Assembly (NCBI RefSeq): GCF_009914755.1
Contig: NC_060934.1
Source of the DNA: the human T2T-CHM13v2.0 reference genome, Homo sapiens
Strand: one strand, 5' to 3'
Length of the DNA stretch: 64,000 bases
Part shown: positions 12,786 through 25,805 of the stretch, piece after piece
How positions within the stretch are numbered: position 1 is the first letter of the stretch
How the letters are laid out: each line of letters opens with the position of its first letter
Notes under the pieces: model-generated
What the model was told of the DNA's origin: nothing
What the model saw: the letters and a program-made list of their open reading frames with translations, nothing else
Database searches by the model: none
Translations under genes and position numbers: made by a program

Positions 12786-13778
12786 GTGCATCAGTTAGGA
12801 GTTGTGTTTTTGTTGCATATAAAAGAAAACCCCAAATAACAGTATCTTAAACACTGCAGGCATTATTCTCTCACACAGGAGAAGCCTAGAGTTGGGTGAT
12901 CCAGGGCTGCTAGTCTGGCAGCTCCCGCATTGTCAGGGACCCACGCTCCTTTTGTCTTTCTGCTCTGCCAACCTCAGCACTGGTGTTGCAGCTTTCTATC
13001 ACTGCTATAGCAAAGGACCACATATTTACTGGACTAAGACAACAGAAATTTACTGGTGGTCCAGTTCCTGAATTCAGGACTCTGAAATGGTTCTTGTGGG
13101 GCTGCAATTGATGGCTCTGCCTTCCTTTTCCATTTCCTTGCCTTTTGCAGCTTCTAGGGCTGCCTGCACTCCTTGGCTTGTGGCTCCATTTCTCCATCTT
13201 CATAGCCAGCCATGTGGGGTCCTTCTCACTCTGCCATCTCTCTGGTTTTTTTTTCCGTCTCACTCTTCCCTTTTTAAGGACTCTTGTGATCAATTTGGGC
13301 TCACCTGGATAATCCATGGTCATCTCCCAATCTTCAGGTCGGCTGATTAGTAACATTTATTCCATCTGCAAACTTGACTTCTCTTTGCTGCATAGTGTGA
13401 CTTACAGGTTGCAGGGATTTGGGTGTGGGCATCTTTGCAAGGAATCGGAGGGTGTTTTCCTGCCTCCCATCCTCAGGGCTAACTCATGGTCCTTCCTAGT
13501 GCCTGCAGTTCCTGCTGTCACATCAGATTGCCAGGTGGCATACAAGTAGAAGTGAGGAGGATGAGGGTGCACCTGCCAGCTAAGTTAGTGCCCACAGCAC
13601 TTTCCTGCTAGCCTCTCCTGGGCCGGGACCGAGTTACTTGACCACATCTAGCTGCAAAAGAGACTGAGAAGTGTGCACCTACTTCCTGGTGATAAAGTGC
13701 TCAGCTAAGATTAAGATTCTGTTCCTGTGGAAGAAGGGAGAATGGCTCTTGGGTAGGCAGCCAGCAGCCTCTGCCACA
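12786..13778 (-). mobile_element. MLT1J/K-type MaLR LTR, interrupted by MLT1D
   Basis: cagttaggag...aaaacccaaataacagtatcttaaaca; ctagctgcaaaagagactgagaagtg; ends cagcagcctctgccaca. Confidence 0.65.
12984..13470 (-). mobile_element. MLT1D-type MaLR solo LTR
   Basis: ggctgcctgcactccttggcttgtggc...ttttaaggactcttgtgat...gggctcacctggataatcca...gctgattagtaac. Confidence 0.75.
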
Positions 13779-13985
13779 GACAGGCAGAGACAGGGCCTTG
13801 ATGTTCTCCAAACTCTTTCATCCCCAACAATCCCATGACTCTCTAGAACTAAGGTGTAGGACCGAATGGGAGTTTTAATTTGAGATAAATGAATAACTAG
13901 AGCAGAGGGAAGAAGGAAGTCTTTGTTTTCCACTTTCTTTTTTTCTTCTGGGGTGATTGGGTTCATTTATGTATTATCGAGCATC

Positions 13986-14277
13986 TTTTTTTTTTTTTTT
14001 TTGAGAGAGGGTATTGCTGTGTCCCCTAGGCTGATGTGCATGTGGCATGATCACTGCTCACTGCAGCCTCAACTTCCTGGACTCAAGTGATCCTCCCACA
14101 CTAGCCTCCCAAGTAGCTGGGACTACAAGCATACACCAGGCTAATTTTCAAATTTCTTGTACAGACAGGGTCTCGCTATGTTGTCCAGGCTAGTCTTGAA
14201 GTCCTGGGCTCGAGCGATCCTCCCGCCTTGGCCTCCCAAAGCACTGGGATTACAGGCGTGAGCCACCATGCCTGGTC
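13986..14277 (-). mobile_element. AluJ (Jo-like)
   Basis: Poly-T then Alu body; degenerate TSD ttatcgagcatc / ttgttgagcacc. Confidence 0.9.
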
Positions 14278-16499
14278 TTGTTGAGCACCTTAAAAGAAGC
14301 AGACACATTACACACGTTTGTCTTTACACAGGCACCATGTCAAAAGGGGCTTTTTGGTGGTTCATTCTGCTTTTAGCCCTACCCAAAAACATTTCATTAT
14401 TGAGAAAATGAATTGTCATTTCTATTTGCAGCTACAGATTAAGGCTAGAGACTCTCCTAGGGAGCGTGTTATTCCTGGCTTTGCACAGGTATAGCTGTAG
14501 CTGTGACAGTGCTCTATCCTCGCAACCAGAACATACTTAGAAGATTAACACGCCATCCTTCAAGAAGCATCTTCTGTAAGATAGGGACCTTGTTTGGTTC
14601 AATGAACATTGGTACAGACCCCAGCACAGAAGAGAAGCAGGTTTGCAATACTTTTCCTAAAACAAAACAAAACAGAACAAAATGAATCAATGAATGTTAA
14701 ATAGCAATCCACGGATCTATTATCTTTATGTGTCTTTCATTTCGAACTATTCAAAGCTCTTCTATAAGCCTCGTTTATAATTTAGCTGAGCGCTTTCTCT
14801 ACCTATTTTCTGACCGTATCTGTGGATTTGTGGGCAGACACTCTATTTTGGAAGATATTTACACTGTCAATATACTTTCCATTTGACACTGCCTACCTTC
14901 TTCCTTGCATCCTTATGGTTCAGCTGGAGGAGGGAACCAAGTTTTATGGACACAGTGGGGACATGGGCTGCTGCGGGCAGTGATTCTGCCAGTTCTTTCT
15001 GTGTTTTGCTTTCTTAAAGTGGGGGAGTCCCGCCCGCTGTGACGGCTCCTAGAGCCAGTGGTCTGTTCATTAGAGAAGTGGCTGAACTTCATGATGGGAG
15101 TGTAGTAGACAGGTCGCGAAGGGGGCCCTTCCACAGGAACAGTCTAATATAAACAATAATAACCATAATAATAATCTGGGCTTTCACGGGAGCTTTCATC
15201 GAGGAACCAAAAACATATTATGAACATTGACTCATTAATCTTCACAACGCCCCTGTGAGGGTGAATTAAGTGTAAGTCATCATAATTATTACTGTCATTA
15301 TCCTACAAACAATTCCCAGATGTGCTGTGGCTGAACTGGCATACTTTGGGGATTTTATGTTTTACAGGGACCCTGGACTTTTGGCAGGAGTTCACATCTC
15401 TCTTTTTTTCCTGCTTCCTTGCTCACTCTATCTTACTGAATAAATATGGAATTTTTTTTGGTGTGTGAGGATTTGGATGACATGAATGGGAAGTAATTTC
15501 CAACGCATGGCGATCCCCTCTTCTCTGCTTTTGCCTGCTGGAAAGGTTAGATATTCTGCACCAGATCCAGACCCAGGCCCCTGGAACCGATCACAGGTTT
15601 TGCTTAAAAGCAAAATCATACATTCACAAACCACGTATGATGTTTATGACTTCAGCCTTGTCTCTTCAGGTGAGGGCTTGGGAAGTTTCATTCTACATGT
15701 AGCATCGTGTTCACTCTGATACCATTTAAATTAGTACAATGTCCTCAGCACCAAGCGTCAGAGACCTCCGCGCAATTGGCAGCATCTTCTGCGTGTAGCT
15801 ACAGGTCCCTGAGAGAGACCGGCGCGCCTCTCCCACAGGGGCGATCCTCCCTCCGCACCCTTGCGACCACCTCGGTGCCCTGTTCTTGGGAAAACAGGTT
15901 GCCTCGGAGTTCCAGAAGAATCACAAGGAAAATCAACTGCAGAGAAAGATCACTCAGTTATTTAAGAGTGAAGACGGTAAATCCGCAGATGAGAAGTGCC
16001 AAAGTGTTGGATGTACATATAGTTTTGTATCTTCTGTGTGCTTTTAAAAATGTGCATTATTTTATGATTATATAAGCAGTGTGCATGACAGGAAACCCAG
16101 AAAACATTGGAAAGTATGAAGAAAAAAATAAAAGTCACCCATAGACCAGTACTAGGATTTAGGTATGGTAACATTTTCGTGTATTTCTTTCGATACTTTT
16201 GGTATTGATGTTCAAGTTTATATTACAAAATTTGGGTTCTGTATGAATTTTGATATTGGTAAATAGATGAGGACATGCACACTGGGAAATGGGAGAGGGA
16301 AAGAAGGCTGTGAGGAAATAGGGAAGGACAAAGAATCGTGCAGAATCTCCGAGTGCTGGGAGGGCACAAGGATCAGAAGCCTCACGTAATGCCTGGCAGA
16401 TAGTAGATGACCTAGAAATGCTTGCTTAGGAAATCACGGAAGAAACCAGCTGCTGGCAAATCAGGCAGGAAGGGCTTCTGTAGCAACCCTAGTAGCTCC

Positions 16500-16710
16500 T
16501 GTGAATTCACCAGGAGCTTCCCGCATGCTATTTTTCATCCCATAACAACCTGCCTAAGCGGGTATTGATGCCTACAGTTGATGGGAGAGGAAGCTGAAAC
16601 TCGGGGATGTGAAACTGACTTTGCCAAGATCACACGTCTATGAAGCAGCAGAGCTGGAACTCAAATTTGAGCTGGTTTTGCCTCTAAATCCCATGCTTGC
16701 TTTCCCACTC
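16500..16710 (-). mobile_element. MIR
   Basis: cataacaacc...gaggaagctgaaactc...gccaagatcacac...gcagagctggaactcaaa. Confidence 0.65.
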
Positions 16711-17194
16711 CCCTGAAATTCCACAGAGCCTTTCCACAGTTACCCACTCCACGAGGAAGCTGTGAAGGATGAGAAGTAAGACAGGGCTTTAGGGCTTATT
16801 CATTAGATGGTCACTGGGTGGGAAATTTCTGCAGGTTAGAAGGCAGAGGCTGGCCTGGTGGTGTTAAAGAGGGAATCAATGGGAGCAAGAGTGGAGCATG
16901 TCAGGAAGACGGGCATCAAAGAACAGTACGTGACGGAAGAGTTCAGGGGTTCATAATTGTTGCAGCAGAAAGCTGTTTTGAAGGAAATGTGTGCATATTA
17001 ATAAGCTTATCATTTTCATAGATTAAAAAGCGAGTAGAGAAGGAGTGAATGAGACAGAAGAGAGAGAAGAGGGTGTATTGATGGAATTAAGTCTTGGCGA
17101 GGATGTGAGGGCAAGCCTGCGTGGAGAAAGGATGAGATGACTCACTCATTCAGAAAATACACACAGTCCTCGCCTTCTGGAAAACATTAAGCCC

Positions 17195-17833
17195 GAGGCT
17201 TCAGAGAAAAGGGAGCACTTACACACTGCTGGTGGGAGTGGAAGTTAGATCAGCCAGTGTGGAAAGCACTGTGGAAATTTCTCAAAGAACTTTAAACACA
17301 ACTACAATTCAACCCAGCAATCCCATTCCTGGGTGTATACCCCAAGGAAAATAAATCGTTCTGCTGAAAAGACACTCATATGTTCATCACAACACTATTC
17401 ACAATAGCAGAGACATGGAGTCCACCCAGGTGCCCATCAGCAGTGGATTGGAGAAAGAAAATGTGGTACATATACACCACGGAATACTATGCAACCATAA
17501 AGAAGAATGAAATGTCCTTTGCAGCAACATGGATGCAGCTTAGCCATTATCCAAGGCAAATTAACACAAGAACAGAAAACCAAATACCACATGTTCTCAC
17601 TTATAAGTGGGAGCTAAACATTGGGTACTCATGGACGTAAAGATGGGAACAACTAGACTACTAGAGCGGGGAGAGAGGGAGGGAAGGCAGCAGAAGCTGA
17701 AAAGCTACCTACTGGGTACTATGCTCACTGCCTGGGTGGTGGAATCATTCATAGCCCAAAGCTCACCATCATACAATAAACCCATATAACAAAGCTGCAT
17801 GTGTACTCCTTGAATTTAAAATAAATATTGAAA
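17195..17833 (+). mobile_element. 5'-truncated old L1PA (L1PA15/16-like): ORF2 C-terminus remnant and 3' UTR
   Basis: ORF 17380 (MFITTLFTIAETWSPPRCPS...MWYIYTTEYY) is the L1 ORF2 C-terminus; UTR gggagctaaacattgggtactcatggacgtaaagatggg. Confidence 0.9.
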
Positions 17834-17835
17834 TT

Positions 17836-17973
17836 ATATACATATATACACACATACATGTATATATGTATATGCATGAGTATATATAAATATATATAAA
17901 TTTTTATATAAATATATAAATAAATATATAAATATATATATATAAATTATGTGTATATACACACATACATATG

Positions 17974-18005
<32 letters not shown>

Positions 18006-18012
18006 TATATAT
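17836..18012. repeat. (TA)n/(CA)n low-complexity tract at the L1 tail
   Basis: Direct inspection. Confidence 0.9.
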
Positions 18013-18573
18013 AAAATTCAAACCAGTAAAAAAAGAGAATATGTTATAAAAACAAGTTAATGGCACTGCCAAGACAGAACAGTCTCCTTGAAGTTCTTTG
18101 CAATAATTAAATAAATAACAACACGCCAGAAAAAGTTAAAAATGACACCACCACCCACTCTGAGCCCTCTGAAATTAGACTGAGGAGAGGATCTAGATGA
18201 AGCCAGAGATGTTTTGAGGGGAAACGGCCAAGGTCGAGTTAGAGGCATAGTCATTCTTTAAAATGTGGTGGAGCTGAGCTAGGAAATGGGATTTAGGGAG
18301 AGTAGCAAAGGCTAGGAAAGTCCGTCTGTGAGAGTAAGACAGGAAGTCTAGAAGAGATTGGTTGTGGGGGACTTGCTGAAGAACAGTGAGACCTTCATCA
18401 AACATAAAATGTACGGAGCCAGTGCTCGGGAGCTTCATGCTGAGATTTCTTTAGTATAATTTTGTGGCTTGAGATGCACATGTGACTGAAGAAATTGGTA
18501 GTGGGATAACTAAGAATTGGAGGTTGGCTTGGAGGCCTTGGTTGAGTCAAGGGAGCAAGGAACTCCAGGCTTA

Positions 18574-19050
<477 letters not shown>

Positions 19051-19459
19051 TCAGTCTCTTGGAAGTGGGATGGTTTCAGACGACAGAGACCCAAGCTGTG
19101 CCTATATCGGTGGGTGACTAAACTGACACAGTTGAAAGCCCTGAGGTCGAGGAGATGGAAGGACCAGCTTCTCGGTGCCATGCTTTTCATCTGTGACACT
19201 AAGACAGATGAGTGCCTGCTAGAGAAGGACACTGACGTTTTGCTCCAGTGGTTGGTGGATGTCAGGAAAAAGAATATGCCTTGATTTTCATTTTCTGGAA
19301 TTGGATATCACATGCGATGTGTTTATTGAAGTTTGGAAATACTCAGCTTTGAACCTGGGATGGACCCTGTTTAGGCTTGGGAAGGCTGAACTCAATAAAC
19401 ATAAAGAGGCAGAGCTGCAGTGCCGTTGAACTCTGTAGGTGGCACGCGCCTGGCACTGT

Positions 19460-19972
19460 CTACCTCTTGGCTTTCACAGCACACCTTCCTCCAGGGGCTC
19501 ACTCAACTCTGGCAATACTGGCTTTAGTTCCTTGAATACACTAAGCTTGTTCCTGCCACAGGAACTTGGAATTTACCATTCTTACTTTGGGGATACTCTT
19601 CCTCCAGGGCCTCCCATGGCTTTCAGTTCCCATGGCTGACTCCTTCCCATTATCGGGGTCTTGCCTTTAAAGGCCGCTTCCTCAGATAAGTCGCCCCTGC
19701 ACAGTCTATCTGGAGCAGCTTCCCTCCTCTCTGGTCACTTTCTAGTACAAGACCCAGTTCGATTTCCTTCTTGGAATGTGTTGCACCCTTTACTTACTGT
19801 TATTGCTATTTTACTTGCTGTTATTAACATTTTACTTATGTGTTTTGTGTTGTCTGTCTCTCCCCATTTGCTAGCTCTGTAAGGGTAGGGACCCTGACTA
19901 TGTTGTCCTTCCCTCTAGCCTCAGAATCTAGAACGGTGCCTGACACGTAGTAGATGTTCAATAAAAATTGTT
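19460..19972 (+). mobile_element. L2a 3' end
   Basis: ttccttgaatacactaagcttgttcctgcc...ctagaacggtgcctgacacgtagtagatgttcaataaa. Confidence 0.8.
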
Positions 19973-21719
19973 ATATGGGAATGGAGAGAAGGCACAAAAA
20001 GATGAAGTGCTGAGAGAGATGTAGAAATAGAACTCTGAAGATATCAGCCAACACTGCAAGGCAGGAAAATATAGTAAGAGAAGATGTAACTCAAGGACTT
20101 GATTATGAAATATTAATTTCAGCATCAGAGGGTAGAGGCTAGATCCCATTTTAAGGGAGAAAAATGAAAGTCATGAAGGCACCATATATTTTTGGAGCTT
20201 GTCTGTACAGCCCAAAGAAAGACGAAACATTGCAAATATGAATTGGAGCCAGGGAAGGTAAATTTAGGATTGGATTTTAAAAAATGCTTCTGAAAGCTAG
20301 GAATGGCAGCATAATACCAACAGCAAAATACAAAGGAGGCATGGAAAAAAGATAACAGAGATCACTAAAGAAGGCACTCAATGGAAATTGTATAAAATTG
20401 TATAAAATTATACAGCTAGTGCTTTAGATGTTCAGAGCTTTGAGGGAGCGACAGGGAATGGAGTGAAGGTGATGGGTTGGTCAGGAGAGAAGCTAGGGAG
20501 GGGTGAGAACTCTCACCATAAAGTGCCAACCTTCTCTTTGAAAGTATTGACAAGATCTTGAGTAAAGATGGAGAAGAAGCGATGTGGATAAGAAGGACTT
20601 TCCAGGTCTAACGCAGAAAGAGTCATCCTGGGTTGTAGGCGTAGAATTCAATCAGATAGGCTATTTAGCAAGGAGAATGGCAGAATTAAAGAGAGAAATT
20701 CATTGAGGTTTGGTAATTATAGTACAAACAGGAGAAGATAAATATCTTCTCCATAGATTACATCATTGTTAAATCTCAATAATTTTAAATATAATTAACC
20801 TTTAATAACGCCTTGGATTTAATAATATAGCTATTGCATGGGAATTGTCCACAAACCATTATAAATCTATTTGTTTAGGTTTAACCAACCAAGTAATAAA
20901 GTCTGTGTGTAGCTTAGGCCGGCAGTGTGCTTATTAAGTGTCTCACTCAATGTAATTGATTGTAAAATCCACCTCAAATCACACCAAATAAAGAGTATTT
21001 TACAAGTTAATTGAAATGAAATTTTTCCTTTCAGCTATTATTTCCTGATTTTTCTCCTTCTTCCCTCTAAATGTCTACCCTGGGGACTCCCCCCACCGCC
21101 CACTTCTACTATATCAGGAATTATAAAATGTTATCTGTTTTAGTAATCTTGTTTTCACTCTAGAACCCAAGACACTGGTTTACAATTAATGAGTGAGACA
21201 AAAATTGTTCATCTTAAGGGAAAAGCTCATTTTCCCTGTATCTACCTTTTTTTTTTTTCCGGAGGGGATGGAGAGAAGAGGGCTCCTCAAATATCAAAAT
21301 AAGTCATGTCCTGAATATATGTTTGAACCAAACACCTGCCAACTGCAAAAAGCATATTTAGATGTCAGTATACGTAGATTTACTCTCTGTTGCCAATTAT
21401 TATGTCTTAACAAAACAAGACAAAACATCTTTTTCCCCTTTGGATAAAAATATTTCCACATTGCACAAATAAAATGCCCAAGCTGAGAGATCTTTAAAGA
21501 TTGAAAAAAAAGAGGAAAAGAGCATTGGAAGATATCTTTAAGTGATAATGTGCTGATTTCTCTTCAGAAGGCTTTGGTACATTATTACAAGCATTGAACT
21601 TAAAGACTGAAAAATAAAACCTACTCTGAAGGGCTTGGATGAAATGACCAGAATTATCTTCTTACTTTAGTGTCATGGAAGGGGCTTCAGTTCTGGAAAC
21701 GACAAAAATGAAGTTTATG

Positions 21720-21836
21720 TCAATGCCAAATTTTTTATTTTATTAAAGCTATAAGAGTTTGCACTTGCCCAAATTTCAATGCTGCATTTTTTATTTTAAT
21801 AAAGTTGTTTAAGAGTTTGCACTTGCCCAAATTTCA
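21720..21836. repeat. Two-copy ~57-bp tandem duplication
   Basis: Identical 27-mer taagagtttgcacttgcccaaatttca at 21752 and 21810. Confidence 0.9.
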
Positions 21837-22104
21837 GAAATGGCACAGGGAATCGATTCTTTAGAAACTGCATTCTAAATGTACATGTTAGTGGTCCCCT
21901 TGGACTCTTGTATTATCATTAGATATTTAGTAATTAGATAGATTATTAATAATAATTGCATTGTTATATATTTATCTAATCATAGTATCTAATTACTAAA
22001 TATCTAATACTAAATTATCCTTGGTGCATGACCTTTGTTCTGAAAATGTGAGGCAAATACCCTGAGGTTATTGTTCTGGTGGCCCTTACCAAGTTTTCTA
22101 TATA

Positions 22105-22447
22105 GAGATGCTTCTCAACTTAGGATGGGATTATAGCTGGATAAACTCATTGTAAGTTGGAAATGTACTGAATACGTGTAACCTACTAAACAGTATAGTT
22201 TAGCTTACCTTAACCGTACTCAGAACACTTACATTAGCCTACAGTTGGGCAACATAATCTAACACAAAGCTTATTTATAATAAATTGTTGACTAGCTCAT
22301 GCAATTTATTGAAGACTGTACTGAAAATGAAAAACAGAATTGTTGTATGGATACTCCCAGTACGGGTTCTACTGGATGTGTATCATTTTGCAAAACTGTA
22401 ATGTTGAAAAATCTGAAGTCAAACCATGGAAAGTCAAAGAATCTCCG
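22105..22447 (+). mobile_element. MER47A (Tigger-derived MITE)
   Basis: ctcagaacacttacattagcctacagttgggcaa...ctaacacaaagc; flanked by TA. Confidence 0.85.
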
Positions 22448-22663
22448 TATTGGGGAAATTTTGAATTGGCCTAGGTCTTAGCATTTGTAGTTTGATATGT
22501 GCCCAGCTGAGGGATGAGCTGTGGCCTGCCATTAATATTTGATATATGGTGGTGTTCCATAAGTATTTAACAAATGAATGAGTGAACAAATAACATTAGT
22601 CTTAGAAGCAAAGTTTGGTAATCCAGTTGAGACATATTTCTGTCATCAAAAATATGTATTGAA

Positions 22664-22959
22664 GGCTGTGTTCAGTGGCTCATGCCTGTAATCCCAGCTG
22701 TCTGGGAGACCGAGGAAGGCGGATCACTTGAGCCCAGGAATTCGAGACCAGCCTGGCCAACACAGCAAAACCCTGTCTCTACTAAACACACAAAAATTAG
22801 CCGAGCGTGATGGCGCATGCCTGTAGTCCCAGCTACTCAGGAGGCTGAGGCATGAGAATCGCTTGAATCCGGGAGGCAGAGGTTGCAGTGAGCCAAGATT
22901 GCACCACTGCACTCCAGCCTAGGCTACAGACAGAGCGAGACTGTCTCCAAAAAAAAAAA
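22664..22959 (+). mobile_element. Alu (S-like right arm, J-like left arm)
   Basis: Full dimer; TSD gtattgaa (22656-22663, 22960-22967). Confidence 0.9.
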
Positions 22960-23279
22960 GTATTGAACAACAGTTGAAAAGTTTAGACTGAGTTCTCTTT
23001 CTCTGTCTCTCTTAATGACACATACAATAAAGCTTCAAAATAAACCAAGAACAAGAACATCTGAAACAAAACCGACAACAACAATAAACAGCTCTTAATG
23101 CTGACAACAGCCCATGGACCACTCTCTCTCCTGCTCCCCGTGTCGGGGACGCTGCAGAACTCAGCAGAGGTCCTTGAGTCCTGAGATTTACCAGCAAGGT
23201 TCATCCTGATGATGCCACTATTTAAAATTACAGCCATCCCTCCTCGCTCCTGACAGTCTCAGTCTCCCAACTCCACAGC

Positions 23280-23431
23280 ACCTGTCATCCTCTAAAACAC
23301 AATATCATGACGCATTTTTATTTGAACGGATGCCCCTTGAGGACAGAATATTTGATGTCATTAGATCAATGCTCTATTCTCATTGCCTGGAATAGTGCCT
23401 GACACTGATTAAGCAGTCAAACAGATATTTG
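23280..23431 (+). mobile_element. L2 3' end (terminus resumes at about 25810-25835)
   Basis: ccttgaggacaga...gcctggaatagtgcctgacac...gatatttg; continuation ttgaataaataagtgaa. Confidence 0.6.
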
Positions 23432-25521
23432 TATATTATATATAAATATTTACATATATTATATATAATATATTAAATATTTATATATAATATATTAAAT
23501 ATATTATATATAATATATTTAATATTATAATATATTTAATATATTATATATAATATATTAAAAATATATTATATATAATATATTAAATATCTTATATATA
23601 TTATATTAAATATATTATATATAATACATTAAATATATTATATATAGTATATAAAATATATTATATATACTATATAAAATATATTTTATATATTTTATAT
23701 ATACTATATAAAATATTTTATATATTTTATATGTTATAATTATATAATATATTTTATAATTATATTATAATTATATAATATATTTTATATATTATACATA
23801 ATATATTTTATATATTATATATAAATATTTACATATATTATATATAATATATTTTATAAATTATATAGAAATATTTACATATATTATATATAATATATTT
23901 TATATATTATATAGAAATATTTACATATATTATATATAATATATTTTATAAATTATATAGAAATATTTACATATATTATATATAATATATTTTATATATT
24001 ATATATAAATATTTACATATATTATGTATAATATATTTTATATATTATATATAAATATTTACATATATTATATATATTTTATATATTATATATAAATATT
24101 TACATATATTATGTATAATATATTTTATATATTATATATAATATTTACATATATTATATATTTTTATATATTATTTACATATATTATATATAATATATTT
24201 TGTATATTATATAAAAATATTTACATATATTATATATAATATTTACATATATTATATAATATATTTTGTATATTATATATCATATTTACATATATTATAT
24301 AAAATATATTTTATATATTATATATTTACATATATTATACATAATATATTTTATATATTATATAATATTTACATATATTATACATAATATATTTCATATA
24401 TTATATAATATTTACATATATTGTATATAATGTATTTTATATATTATATATAATTATGTCCATATTTATATACAATATATTTTATATATGATATATAAAT
24501 ATGTACATATTTATATACAATTTATTTTTATATTATATATAAATATGTACATATTTATATACAATATATTTTATATAGTATATAAATATTTACATATATA
24601 ATATATTTTATATATTACATATAAATATTTACATATATAATATATTTTATATATTACATATAAATATTAACATATATAATATATTTTATATATTACATAT
24701 AAATATTTACATATATGTTTTATATATTATAAATATTTACATATATATGTTTTATATATTATATATAAATATTTACATATATATGTTTTATATATTATAT
24801 ATAAATATTTACATATATATGTTTTATATATTATATATAAATATTTCCATATATATGTTTTATATATTATATATAAACATTTACATATATATTTTATATA
24901 TTATATATAAATATATATATTATATTTTATATATATATACATTATACATTTTATATATATACATTATACATATAGTATATATGTATTACATATATAATAT
25001 ATAAATATATATTATATATAGTATATATTATATATATAATATATAAATATATATGTATATATAATATATATTATATATATAATATATAAATATATATGTA
25101 TATATAATATATATTATATATATAATATATAAATATATATGTATATATAATATATATTATATATATAATATATAAATATATATGTATATATAATATATAT
25201 TATATATATAATATATAAATATATATGTATATATAATATATAAATATATATGTATATATAATATATAAATATATATGTATATATAATATATAAATATATA
25301 TGTATATATAATATATAAATATATATGTTTATATAATATATAAATATATATGTTTATATATAATATATATATTATATATGTTTATAATATATAAATATAT
25401 ATGTATATATAATATATAAATATATATGTTTAAATATAATATATATATTATATATGTTTATATATAATATATATATTATATATATTATATACAAATATTT
25501 TCATATATTATATATAATATA
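23432..25521. repeat. ~2.1-kb AT-rich compound minisatellite
   Basis: Almost only A/T; successive sub-arrays built on aaatatttacatatattatata, tatatgttttatatatt and atatataaatatatatgtatatata. Confidence 0.95.
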
Positions 25522-25805
25522 TTTTTTTGAGACAGGGTCTGGCTCTGTTGCCCAGGCTGGAGTACAGTGGCACGATCAAGGCTCACTGCAACCCCCTCCT
25601 TCCAGGCTCAAGTGAGCCTCCCGCCTCAGCCTCCTGAGTAGCTGGGATTACAGGCATGCACCACTACACCCCTGCTAATTTTTGTATTTTTTGTAGAGAC
25701 AGGGTCTCATTATGTTGCCTGGGTTGGTCTCGATCTCCTGAGCTCAAGCAATCCACCCGCCTCGGCCTCCCAAAGTGCTACAGGTGTGAGTCACCACATC
25801 CAGCC
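25522..25805 (-). mobile_element. AluJ
   Basis: gagacagggtct...ggctcaagtga...ctcctgagctcaagcaatcc. Confidence 0.9.
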
